A stretch of 64,000 nt of DNA from Paraspadella gotoi (taxonomy: Eukaryota > Animalia > Chaetognatha), in NCBI GenBank assembly GCA_051294375.1, contig CM119265.1:1298726-1362725 (forward strand). Reading direction: 5' to 3'. Position numbers and translations under genes: made by a program. A model generated the notes under the pieces. The model ran no database searches. It was given only the letters and a program-made list of their open reading frames with translations, and was not told where the DNA came from. Below are positions 48,593 through 61,089 of this stretch, piece by piece; position 1 is the first letter of the stretch; each line of letters starts with the position of its first letter.

Positions 48593-48962
48593 CTGTCTCT
48601 TCAATGTGCAGATTGTTTCCTTTTATTTATGTATTTTTCTTTCAGTCAGTTGTTTCTTTGCTTAATTATTAAAGCATTTGTTATGGATATCAGATATTAG
48701 ACCTTCAGCAGACTCTCTCCTTACTCTCTTTCCTCAATTTAACTTCCAATTTTACAATCTTCTTAGAGATTAGATATAAACAGAAGTTACTGTAAAATGT
48801 TATTATGTCGTCTAAAGAAAATTGCAGTTTTTCATTAATAACGATCGTCTAACAAGAAAGGAACTTTTGTGGCGGTATATTCACACCGCCTCACGTCCAC
48901 CATCCTTCAGCCCAATCCATTGGCTCAGAGGGGGAACACACCATCCCAGGCGTAGTGTTCCA

Positions 48963-49122
48963 TCCACAGTCCTAATGACTTCCCTCTGCGTTGGCAAAGC
49001 GAGACCGTCCTAGGGTAACCGCGCCAGTGACTGGAGGCGTCAATGAGGGTCGGAAGCCCCCAAAGCCAACAGTGAGATGCCCCATCCCAATGGGCATCAC
49101 AGGCAACCCGGCTGTTGCCATA
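48963..49122. repeat. Dispersed repeat R3
   Basis: Homologous to 39631-39790. Confidence 0.8.
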
Positions 49123-49320
49123 CTTTCATGATTAGGCTTTGATTGCATTATCTAAGATTGGAAAATGCTTCATTTTATAACAATATCATCAGAAAATATA
49201 AAATCGTTCAAAAAAGCTTTTTTTATTTCATGAAGAACGAAAAAAGCCATTGTAATTATTTTTTAACAGATTCCCTGAAACTATTTAAAATATTTAAAAT
49301 ACGCCATAAAAAGCATTTTT

Positions 49321-49627
49321 AGTCGGATCTGCTCATCTGCATATCCCGACTCTATAATTCACCGTAGGGCCGCCCCCTCAATCTTGTCAGGCATTTACTT
49401 ATATCATGTCAGAACATCGAATTATGATAAATGATGAAAAAAATGATGTCCGTCCTTCCGTCGGTCCATCCGTCCATCCATAAATGTAAGATGTACTAAT
49501 TAATCAAATAATTAATCAGTTAATTAATCAATTAGTCAATAAATTAATCAATAATTTATTAATCAGTCCGTAATCAATCAATAAATTATTCAATCATTGT
49601 ATTTATCAATTAAATAATTAATTATTT

Positions 49628-49672
<45 letters not shown>

Positions 49673-49874
49673 CTCAATCACTCAATCACTCAATCAAGTA
49701 AGTCAATCGTTATTGGCATTATTGTCATCATCGCCATCATAGCTTTTGTCGTGGTCAGTGACGAAAATAACTAAAAACAAACATTTTGGATCAAATTAAT
49801 TAATTAATTGCCTAAATAATTAATTAATTACCGCTAATGATCGTGGGCAGTTCCGACATTGTTTGTGCAAACTT
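49321..49874 (+). mobile_element. HINE/DINE-1-like element, family H1
   Basis: AGTCGGATCTGC...TCCCGACT 5' hairpin, GTCC repeats, (TCAA)n cargo, 3' GCAGTTCCGACATTGTTTGTGCAAACTT. Confidence 0.72.
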
Positions 49875-50044
49875 ATTTATAAATATTTCAGTCAAACACA
49901 GTAACATAGAAAGAAATTCATAATTTACAAATCCATAGGTACCGGGATGAGATATTTGGAAATATGGACGTTTGAAAGGAACCGTCATTATCATTTTAAT
50001 TGAATGTTTTAATAAGTCAAACTGAAGAGACAGTATTTATTGAG

Positions 50045-50254
50045 AGTGTTAATGACAGAACCGTTCAATATAAGCAGTCCCTGAGCTTCGGATCAGGCTG
50101 TAACACCATGTTACAGGCGGGTTAAGCGCCCCGTCCCTCTTAACTGCCAGACGACCACCGGGCAAGAACCCCAGACCTTTGGGTTGGGAGGCGAATGACT
50201 TGCCTCCGGCACCAATGGCCGCTGATGAACGGTTGGTGGATTTTAGTCCACCAT
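50045..50254 (-). mobile_element. Short interspersed repeat R2, inverted copy
   Basis: Reverse complement of 48378-48580. Confidence 0.65.
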
Positions 50255-50979
50255 AAAACTATGTAAATGATGCAACAGTAAATATAGCCATCGTAGGTAT
50301 AATGAGCAAGAAAAGTTTTAAAATTAAGGCGAAAATTACCCATGAACGATTTTATATCATCTTGTAGTGCTTTCACTTTTAAGCTTTGTTATTGTTGTGC
50401 ATCAATACAGCGCTTAAGAAAATAACTCAAAGATCTTAGATTCTTTAATTCCGGACTAAAATGAGGAAATTGAGGCTCCAAAATAGCTTTCATGATGTAA
50501 GGTCAAGAAACATGAATAAAACTTGGCTTATTTTGTTCAAATTTGATTATTCCTGTTGAAAATACTTTTGTAGTCCATGGTAACTTTTCTTGCATAAAGT
50601 ATATCGGGCAATAAATAAATATCAGAAAAATATTCGGATTCAACCGATGGGAAAGCATTAGAGAGCTTCGGACTTCATTTGGTTACTATGATATTATTAC
50701 CATGTTTAACCAGCGTAAGAAGAACTTTATTTCTAACATCTATAGTTCGAAAAATTTAGTTCTCAAAAAAATAATCGCATTCTTTAATGATGGAAATATA
50801 TTAATTGATAATTTGGACCTTTTTTGTCTGTGGTGGTGGTTTCCACGCAATCTTTAACTTTTTGTCTTTAGACTTAGCTTTGTTTTGATGCTCCTGTACA
50901 TGGTGACAATTTTACTAGCGCCGGTAGAAATACACTGTCATTTGCAAACCAGTGGTTGTTTCATTGATTTTAAAATTGA

Positions 50980-51569
50980 GTTGAGTAGAAAATACTAAAA
51001 CTATTTATGTGTTAAAATTTCATATTGATCAGTTAAGATATGCCTTGACAATGAGTGGAGAAAGTTGGCTTGTCAAATCGGGTTTCATTTTATAACTCAC
51101 TGTTTTTAAATTCAATTTTTTTGGGGAACTTTTAGCACTTTTTTAAACAAAGTATTTATTAAAATATTAACAATATTAATAAACTCAGAAAGCCCTTAAA
51201 AATATGAAGAGATATACTTATTTTTTGTTATAATAATTTAAACAGGTCATATATTTTGAAAAAAGATTTAAAATTTTAAATAATTTACTTTTGACACTCT
51301 TAATTGAACCAAGGCTGGGCAGCTTACTTTTTATGTTAGAGCTTTCGTAAGTATGTCAATCTCTTCATATTTTTAAGGGCTTTCTGAGGATATTAATATT
51401 GTTAATATTTTAATAAATACTTTGTTTAAAAAATTGAATTTAAAAACAGCGAGTTTGAAAATGAAACCCGATTTGACCAGCCAACTTTCTCCACTCATTG
51501 TCAAGGCATATCTTAACTGATCAATATGAAATTTTAACACATAAATAGTTTTAGTATTTTCTACTCAAC
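50980..51569. repeat. 590-bp foldback: long inverted arms (50980-51231 and 51360-51569)
   Basis: GTTGAGTAGAAAATACTAAAACTATTTATGTGTTAAAATTTCATATTGATCAG... is mirrored almost perfectly at the right end. The spacer is about 130 bp and the left arm has an extra segment of about 20 bp. Confidence 0.88.
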
Positions 51570-51850
51570 CTTGTTGAATTCGAAATAAAACGCATATAAT
51601 AAACGCCAAAAATGAAAATGAAAAAACTAAAATGTGAATCAAACCATTTGAAGTTTTTTGCAAGGAGTAAATAAAGAAGTTTAAAAGTAGGAAATATGGA
51701 AATAAAAACAAAGAAAGTGTAATTTTCTGAAATATATTTGTAAAAGAATAATTTTTTGTGTATTGATTCCCATAAAAACAATGAATACTCTGTGCAAACA
51801 TTCGAAAGGCAAACCTTAATTATTTTTCTTTCAATTTGTTGTTCAAAGCT
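51570..51850 (-). pseudogene. Truncated remnant of a third XK-like paralog (C-terminal region)
   Basis: LWESIHKKLFFYKYISENYTFFVFISIFPTFKLL aligns with MWQSILSKTFSYKYVSENFTFFIFIVLFPQFDIV of the 680-aa ORF. Confidence 0.7.
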
Positions 51851-54530
51851 TTTTTTAACATGAGAATTAAATATAATATAAGTTATTATGATACAGAGGT
51901 ATAAAATATTTTTTTAAATATTTAAGGATATTACTATAAAAAAGTTCAATTAATGATACTGTTGTGAAAATTTATGTTGAAAAAGGGCATAATTATTTTT
52001 TATTACATATACAAAGGCAGAAAAAAAACATTGTTCCATCGCCAAATATTTTAATCATTCCACCCTAATGTATATAGAAATAACCTTTTATTTTCATTTT
52101 TTATTTAAATATTTTCTTTTTAAAGTTAATTTTTATTTTCCTAATGGCTTAACCTAATTTTAATTTTAACTCTGATCTATTCCATAGCCCCAATCGTAAA
52201 TCTCAAGAACGTTATGCTGCATAAAATTTGTTGTTGTTGTTGTTGTTGTAGAGCACTGGGCGTGCAGTATCGCCTATAAGGCAGAGTCGCTTTGCGATTT
52301 CTCAAGGCACCACTAACAACGCACGCTGTAAAATTTTTATTATCCCTGTATCGCCAATCTGTTCCAATGTAAAAAAGTCGAACATAAGTTACTCAATCAT
52401 CAGGAATATGTCGGACATTTATAAATGAAAAGAGGAAATCGAAGAAGTCAAGAAAAATGATAGAAGAAAAAAATATAATTAGGAAAAAAAACAAACTGAA
52501 AACAAAAAAAACAGGATGAACAATTGATGAGGCANNNNNNNNNNTCTATTCCATAGCCCCCATCGTAAATCTCAAGAACGTTATGCTGCATTAAATTTGT
52601 TGTTGTTGTTGTTGTTGTTGTTGTTGNNNNNNNNNNNNNNNNNNNNNNNNNNNNNNNNNNNNNNNNNNNNNNNNNNNNNNNNNNNNNNNNNNNNNNNNNN
52701 NNNNNNNNNNNNNNNNNNNNNNNNNNNNNNNNNNNNNNNNNNNNNNNNNNNNNNNNNNNNNNNNNNNNNNNNNNNNNNNNNNNNNNNNNNNNNNNNNNNN
52801 NNNNNNNNNNNNNNNNNNNNNNNNNNNNNNNNNNNNNNNNNNNNNNNNNNNNNNNNNNNNNNNNNNNNNNNNNNNNNNNNNNNNNNNNNNNNNNNNNNNN
52901 NNNNNNNNNNNNNNNNNNNNNNNNNNNNNNNNNNNNNNNNNNNNNNNNNNNNNNNNNNNNACAATTGATGAGGCATTTTGTTTATAAAAATGAAATAAAA
53001 GTATTAATTTCTATTTGATAATTTGATTTTTAGATATTCAAGTATGAAAATTTTTTGAGCGCATTCATAAACTTAAAATATTTTTTTAGTTAAAAACAAA
53101 TTATATTAGTGGATAGAATTGTCTAGAAATATAATCTCAAGACCTCAATCTCTCTCTCTCCTGTTTCCTCACAACTACAGTCAATCACTGTTTCTCTTTT
53201 GCCAAATTTCTCTCTCATCAAAAAATATCTGATTGTTGAAAACTGGAGATTTAATAGCACGAAGTCTTAGAAAACTTAACAATTAACCCCTTGATGTACG
53301 CACAAAAAAATAAAAATGTATCACCGGTGTTTAGGTTCCAAACTTATTTATTAATACTCAAATATTTTAAAAATATTTCGATAATAGCGATTAGTCTTTA
53401 TTAGTTTTGCATATTTTTCTTTCACTTTCTTGAGATATTTAATGATTTTATCTGAGTTTAACTCTGTCCGTTCGAATGCGAAGAAACAACCTATATTTAG
53501 AGTCAGAATCGTGACCTTAATAATTCCTGCCTTCCAATTGGTTTAAAGTTTTCCTATTTTTCCTAACCTCAATTCTAGTTTCTTATTGGTCAAAAGTAGT
53601 ATTTAAGAGATTGAAACTTATTGAAACTAAGGTTTTTCTTGATTATATGATGCAACCAGGAGGTAATATTTTGTTGAATATTTGAAAAATTATTTGTGAA
53701 ATTAATAATTAAATTTTCTTTAGATGTGTTTGTCCTCGTTTATTCACGTTTGTCCTTATGTTTGTCTATATACGTTTATTAATGTCAAATTGGAATCGCG
53801 TCTTTATAATTAAATGGAATTATAATTGGACTGCCTAAACCCTGTATAGCGTTTGTTTTATGAGAGAAAAACCCGCAATACTTCTCTTCTTTTTTATCTC
53901 TTCAGTTTTTCATCAAGTCCTTCCACTTTCGCTTGAGCGACAATTCAATCAAACTGAATTATTACAAAAACCAATTTTCCCTTCATCTTCACTTGATTGA
54001 AATCAGTAATTCGGTTAGCGAAGAGACTGACATGGTTATCCTAATTACCATTATTGTCAGTGATTGGTGGAAATTGAAAGCGATGATTGCAAAGACGTCA
54101 ACGCCACGGTGAGTCTGAACAAAAAGAAATTCTTCATTTGCCATTTTATGATGACATCTGCTTATTACTTAATTTACCTAATTATTTGATTCTTTATTTA
54201 GTTGTTTTTTTTCAAACTTTTTTTAAATAAGATTGGAACACCCCGTATAAAATAATACATTCATTCAATAAACAAACTGCAAACTATTGCAAACTATTAC
54301 CATATCTAGACTTGCTGTGTTGAAAATTCTATTATGAAAAATAATGTTATCTCTTGTTTCCTCTTTGTCCTCGCCATTGTACTCACCTTTGTCCTTGCCT
54401 TGATGTTGAACATCTTAATGTCCTTTGAAGATTTTACAAGACAAATTTAAATTACAAAATTTGCATTTTTAATTTAATTTAACATCTCCATTGAAGTTTA
54501 AGAAGTAGTTACTCCAACCAAATAAGAAAA

Positions 54531-57375
54531 ATGCATATGACCTTTCAAGCACTTTTTCTTTCAATTATCCTAAATATACTTGATGTTTTTACCGATGTTA
54601 GAACTGCTATAAGCTACTTGGGCTCTGATTCTGTTTTTTTCGTCATATTTGGATGGACTCTCGTAGGTATAATATTTAAAATTGGAATATGTACATAAAA
54701 AAATAGAATTATCTTCATAAACATTTTAATAAATATAAAGCAATGATTTGTTAACTGCTTTTTTTTTGCCATTGATGCTTGCAGCTCAACTCAATGAGTC
54801 ACTTTTGGTTATTCAGTCAGTCTGTCTTTCTGTCTGTTGGTTTGCCCCAATTCTGTTTAAAATGCTCATAACTCAAGTAATTATGTATTATTTTAGTTTA
54901 TACGTATAGTAATAACGTGATGTACCATGAGTTTGCATAAGCTTCATACTTGAGTAGTAAACTGAGATATAAAAAAAAACTTATTGTAAATGACCATGAG
55001 GATAGATGGTCATATGATCAGATCGTAAATAAAACTTCTTTCATATTTTAACTTGGTTGTTTCACTTGTTACATTACAGATAAGTGATAAACCATAAAAT
55101 GCTTGATGAGTCCTCTGCCGCAACACCTTAAACCTGACGATTCTTGTTACATTATTATTAATCATCTTAAACTATTGAATTTCCCTTTTTTTATCTCTCG
55201 GCCAACAGCCATTCTTATCTTGCACTGCAGTGTGTCTTCTTTTTATGGGATGAGAATCATTTGGAAATCAAGAAATACTTTTCTCATGTTGACTAAGAAT
55301 CGTTGGCGTGGAATGACCACTTTGGGTTTCCATATTTTGGGATTGGGTATTGTTCCTATAATGATTGACCGGTATTATGTTGATCCTACTAAGTCACTAG
55401 ATGGAGATAATGAGATGAAGTTTAAACAAGAATTGATCAACAAAATGTCCTTCATACAGATCATGGCTGAAACTTATCCCCAGGTCAGTTTCTAATTATA
55501 AATGTCCTTGATACAAGTATTACGCGGTCCAAAAAGGCGCAGTTTGAACGGGCTATAAGAGAACAGTTCTCACAGTACTCTGCCACTGTTTCCTACAATT
55601 GTATATTTGCGAACCACTACCGGGAATCCCCGCCACGATCTATGATGGGGAATGGGTATCCCTTGATACTAGTACATTCTAAAAATTCACGGGATATTTT
55701 TTTAAAACCATTTCATTTGAGAGCAGTGGGTGCCAAAATTTCCGGGTATAACCACGGGACTCTTAATCCTGGGGTCGTGGGTTCGAGCCCCACATTGGGC
55801 GCCACTCTAACTAAGGTCGGGTAAGTCTGACTGAAATCTAGGTAAGTAAAGACGGGGGAAAATGGTGGGAAAGGAAAATATAATGTAAGCGGCTAAATCG
55901 GCGGTAAAAAAAATGGTAACAGAGACTGAACGGGAGAGGGACGGTGAGAGAGAAAGAGAGGAAAAAGCGTGAATGAAAAACCTAAACCCTGGACTCGAGC
56001 CTGGATCTCCGGGAGGAGGGGGAGGAGGATGAGGAGAAATGATGAGGAAACGGTGCATGTTGGCGAAACCTATCGGTTCTTTCTGATAACTCTCGCATTA
56101 TCTGCGCTAAAATGTAGCATACTTTTGCCGTCACGTGATGACCTCTAAAAGGGGATCGCATGACCAAAAATTTAACACGGCATCCTTCTTTTAAGTTTAT
56201 ACTTAGCAGGCGTAGGAAGGTATCAGTAAATACTTTATACTTTTTTAGTCCCATTAACATCGGGAAATACATCCACGAAAGGTAGTCAAATATAAATTCC
56301 CTGTTCTTCCTTTTCAAGTTAAATACAATTTCATTTGATTGCCTCTGGATTTATTCCACTGTCGATGCCAGTCCTAATGATACTAAATTTAACTCTTACT
56401 CATTTGCTACAGGTGATCGTTCAAACAATGGCAGCTGTTTTCTCATGGACTGTTGACACAAATCAGCTCTGCTTACGTGGATGGATTTTTGGTGATTCTA
56501 GAAAATCTTATCATCTATACTTACTAAAGAAAGACGGCTCATTCTTGGATTCTAACATCTCATGCAAATGTTGGCGAATGGACCCAACATACTCAAAACC
56601 ATCCTTGACCTGTCATTGGCCTATAGACAATCAATTAGCCCTGTCGTCTATAGCTCTTTCTACTATCAGCTTGGCCAAAGTTGCTGTGGATTTTCGAGTC
56701 AAGGACGACCCAATTCCAAAATCGACTTTGCTATCCGTCATTGACAAGATTGTTTATCTCCTCGGAATTGTGCAAGGCATCATCGGGATCATCATAAGTT
56801 CACTGTTGATCTTTACTATGGCGCTAAAGATCAATGGTTATTTTGCTGCATTTTATTTTTTTATTCCTTTACGTTTGCTTAATCCCGCTGAGTTGGTCAA
56901 AATTTTTCTTTGGCTGGGAGGAAAGTCTTTTACAGCTGGAATAAATAATAAAGAGCTTGTACAAATTGTTCTTTTACCCTCTCTAAATTGCGCTTTGTTT
57001 TCTCTTTACTATCTGATTCAGAAACACGTTTACATTAATGTCGATAACAAATTGAAAAACTGGGGATTAGATCGTGCGACATATGATTTGACACCTTCAT
57101 TGCGATTTTATGTAGAAATTGATGGCGAGAAAAGGAAAAATCATTTTTTCACATCAGGAATTATCAATCTAGAAAAGTGGAAAAAATGTCATTTTTCGTC
57201 AGTTACATATAAAATTAAAAGTGATGAGAATGCACACATTACATCAGTCATAAATATGGGAAACTATGTTATTTTTAATATTCCTTTTGGTCAGTTTTTT
57301 ATCATAATCATTGTTGATATTATTCTAGGACTTTTATACAGTGCACTATTTTTGGCAAGAATAAATATTGATTAA
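54531..57375 (+). CDS. Three-exon XK-related paralog: 54531-54666, 55209-55483, 56413-57375
   Basis: Exon 1 MHMTFQALFLSIILNILDVFTDVRTAISYLGSD (compare LQIVDIGSDIQTAIGY); exon 2 ...FHILGLG...AETYPQ; exon 3 VIVQTMAAVFSW...LC...CKC...C-x-W...LSSIALSTISLAK...LPSLNCALFSL...LKNWG. GT-AG boundaries with consistent phases (1, 0), colinear with the 680-aa ORF. Confidence 0.8.
55745..55804 (+). pseudogene. tRNA-Lys(CTT) fragment with encoded CCA, in intron 2 of the XK-like gene
   Basis: CACGGGACTCTTAATCCTGGGGTCGTGGGTTCGAGCCCCACATTGGGCG-CCA: anticodon CTT at 55762-55764, T-arm and acceptor 3' strand. The 5' acceptor strand is missing. Confidence 0.8.
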
Positions 57376-57839
57376 ATCTTTATTTTTTATATCTGCATTG
57401 TTTATGGTAGCTTTTACAATTTATATGAATTTTATATTATTTTGTTGTTCAAATAAACTTAATTCAATTATTTAATTATTTAACAAGAGGGCGGAAAATA
57501 GATAGTATTTTTGTCTTTCAAGGAGACTGGAACCTTTCACATATAAAGGTTAATGATGTTTTTTAAAAAAATGTATGATTACGGACAACGCATATATGTT
57601 TTTACAACACTGATGACTAATATAAGCGTAGTTAGTCAACTAATTGTTATCATTTTTCTCCTGGATTATTTCAGAAAAATAGAATTTCGTTTGAAAAATT
57701 GTTAATAATGTTAAAATTCTGCTGATTTTAATGAACTACCTTAAGTTTTCCTTGCCAGTTTTTCGTGTTGAAACATTTGCAAAAGGTACATGAAAACAAC
57801 CTCATACAAGATTACTTGTCATTTGCAGTCTGACTTATC

Positions 57840-58340
57840 GTGAACAAGGTTCTGCAATTTTCTCATTTCAACCTTATCATAAAGTCATGGTACTTCATTT
57901 TCTGGACAGAAAATTTTTATTTGCTAGCTGGACTTTCTTCCTTGCCCATCCTTAAATTATTTCTTGATGTATTTGGAAATAGGAAAAAATATTTTGTTTT
58001 CAAACTAGTTAATATTTTTTTGGGTTCCACTTATTACTTATTTTTGTACAAGTTTGTAGGTTTTCCTTCAGTCATTGAGCAAAAACAGTTTTCTAATTTG
58101 GACTCTTTCATCGAAGATTGGAAATTGGGCTATTTTATATTAATTTTTCCTCAGACAGATCATCACTTGTTGTATTCCATGGTTTACAAACTAGGAAGTC
58201 CCTTTGCCCAATGCCAACAAATCTGTGGGATGTATCGCAATATGAAACAGGGTTTCAAAGGCTATAACGAGACTTATATCTTGAAAATTTCTCAGATTCA
58301 GCTCATGGAGTTTTCTGAAACTTGGAAATTAGTCGCTTAA
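57840..58340 (+). CDS. Disconnected C-terminal coding segment of the XK-like paralog
   Basis: 166-codon ORF. WYFIFWTENFYLLAGLSSLP aligns with FSYKYVSENFTFFIFIVLFP of paralog 1. Separated from exon 3 by stops and frameshifts. Confidence 0.5.
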   Translation: MNKVLQFSHFNLIIKSWYFIFWTENFYLLAGLSSLPILKLFLDVFGNRKKYFVFKLVNIFLGSTYYLFLYKFVGFPSVIEQKQFSNLDSFIEDWKLGYFILIFPQTDHHLLYSMVYKLGSPFAQCQQICGMYRNMKQGFKGYNETYILKISQIQLMEFSETWKLVA

Positions 58341-59174
58341 AAAATTTATCTTTGAATCTAATTTGAATGTTTTATCTTGTCTGTGTTTTCATTCCGATGG
58401 TTATTATTATTGTGAATTAATTTTTATAGCACCCACGGTAATGACCCTATTTTTTTAATATCTACGTAATCCACATTCACTACTGTTATTTTTTCCGTAT
58501 CTTCTAGAAAAAAATTCTCATTTGATTTAAATGTTGTTTAAATATTGTTTTTTACAATTTATCTCGTGCATTTTCCTGTTTTTTTTCTGATTTTCAAAAA
58601 AAATTATTTTTTGAGTCTGAGCAAAAATAATTGTCGAAACTAATGTTTGAATCTCTGCCACTCTCCTTACCTTTCCTTACCTTTCCTTACCTTTCCTTAC
58701 GCTCTGCTTTACGGTTCCTGGGGTTGGGATTCTATCTTCGATGAACCAAAGCGAAAAAAAAAGTTAAATTAAAGTTTTAAAGTGAAAAATATAAAAAATT
58801 ATAAATTTATAAATTTATAAAATTATAAATCTATAAAATTATAAATCTATAAAATTATATTAAACAGCAAAACTGATTAAAGTGATGAAATTCAGAGACA
58901 AGGTTTCCATACAGTAAAATAGACCTGATTTTTATGTGTTACCTTCAGTTTTGATTGTAAGTTGTACCCTCTGAAATTTCGAAAACCATTAAAGCAAATA
59001 TCTATCAAGAGGAGAGGGTTAACAAGTTTTTAGCTTTAAACATATTGTTTCCTTTAATATGAATCATTTCTAGTTTGTTAGTTTGTCTCAATTTTATTTA
59101 TTCTTTTCATTTTTCCGAGTGTCAAATATTTTTTTTTTGGGGTCATTTGTCCCGAAGAGAGAAAAAAAACAGAA

Positions 59175-59234
<60 letters not shown>

Positions 59235-59296
59235 CTCAAACGTGAGGAAATTTTTTGGCAGACGCGAGAGATTGGAAGACTGGCGACAATGAGAGA

Positions 59297-59373
<77 letters not shown>

Positions 59374-61089
59374 GTTTCGAAGGTGCTAGAAGGCAGACAA
59401 GCAGAGAAGTAAATTAATGATAAAATGAGAGAAAATAAATGAACAAAAAAGCTGAAAAGAAATTGATGGAGGGTAAACATATGAAAAAAATATAAGAAAA
59501 AAGACAATACCTGTAAGATATATAGTGTACAGTGTAAAAGATATTTGTAGAATTTAGTAATATTTAAAATTTCAATTATCGACATTTAATGGCTGAAAAA
59601 AAATAGAGAAAAAACCTAAAAATCAGGGGAAAAAAGCAAAGGTCAAAAAAAGAAAATGAGAGGTGAAAACTGGGAGACAAAGAAAAAGAGAGAGAGAGAG
59701 AGAGAGAGAGAATGCGGTCGAGATATTTTCCCGCGTGAAAGTTCAGATTTCAAAATTTCATTCACAGATTTTTTTGTTTCTTTTGTTTTTTTCTATTTTT
59801 TTTTTACTAAAAAGTTCTTTGCACAGTTTGAAATAAACGGGTTAATTCATTTTACATGGTTTGCTTAGTTTAAACTTTTTAAGTATAATCCAAATAATTA
59901 CTTTATAATGTTTTTTTAAACTATACAACTAAAAGAATGAACAGTATTTTTCCAGTAAGAATTAGGTTGTACTTCTTTTACTATATACTTAAAATATTAC
60001 GGAATTTAAAGTTTTTTTCCTACATGATGTTATACTAATTAAATTTACTAGAATCTTTTTCCGCTACACTCTCTCTCCGTGATTTTGTGTATAAAATCTC
60101 AGTTCTCTGTTTTTTGGGTCAAAATCAGAGGAAATCGAAAGGAAAACCGAAAGAGAAAAAAAATAAACAAAATAAACAAAAGAATAAAACTTTGAATTTC
60201 GCGACATCTAACGTCGGATTTTATTGGAATAAGAAAAAACATCGACGGATAAAAAATATCGGTAATAAACTTTGACTCTATGATATATTAAAAATTTTAA
60301 ACTAATAATATTTCAGAAAACTCCGTTAGGAGAAAAAAAGGGGAAAAAAAGAAAAAAAGTCTAAATGAAAAAGAGAAAAGGAAAAAAAATAGATATTATA
60401 AAAATATGAGAAAATGATTATTTATCAATTTAACATTTATTTTCTTTCCTATTATTTATTTTCCTTCCTTAAAAATCCTGCAAAAAAAGAAGAGAAAAAA
60501 ATATAATAAAAGAAAAAAAAGAAAAGAGAATAAAATAAAAGAAAAAATTAAGAAAAAAAGAAAAGAAAACAAAAAAGAAAAATATACAAGAGAAGATAAA
60601 AGAAAAAAAAAGAGAAAAGAAAATAAAAGTAAAGAACAGAATAGAGTAAAGAAAAGAAAAGAAAAGAAAAAATATACAAGAGAAGAAAAGAATAAAAAAA
60701 GAAAGGAAAACATAAAAGAAAATAAAAGAAAAGAAAGGGGAAAAAAAGGAAAAGAAAAGAGAAATTCTTTTCCATCTTCTCTCTTCTTCGCAACAGATAA
60801 TCTCGATCCCAAAACGAAAAATATCTCTTTCTTCGTCTCTTTCCTCTTTTTTCTTCTCTATCATCACTTATCTTTCCTATCTATTCGCTCGATCTCTCTT
60901 CTCTTTTTTTCATTCGTCGTTTCTCGACGTCAGATTATTTTCAGAAAAGGAATGGAATATCGATAATTCTATAATTAAATTATTTTTGTATCAAAGTACC
61001 GAATGTATGGAATGATAACCGAAAGTAGAAAGAAAAATAATTTCACATAAACTACAAGTTATAACTAAGTATAATTTTTACCTCTTTTT

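Noticed and set aside
50150-50240. HDV-like (GGCGAATG) or hammerhead (CTGATGA) ribozyme in R2
   Set aside because: GGCGAATG lies in a simple hairpin without the nested pseudoknot, and CTGATGA has no correctly placed GAAA or helix III.
52177-52975. Tandem duplication around gaps
   Set aside because: 52545-52626 and 52961-52975 repeat 52177-52250 and 52520-52534 across N-runs, a typical scaffolding overlap.
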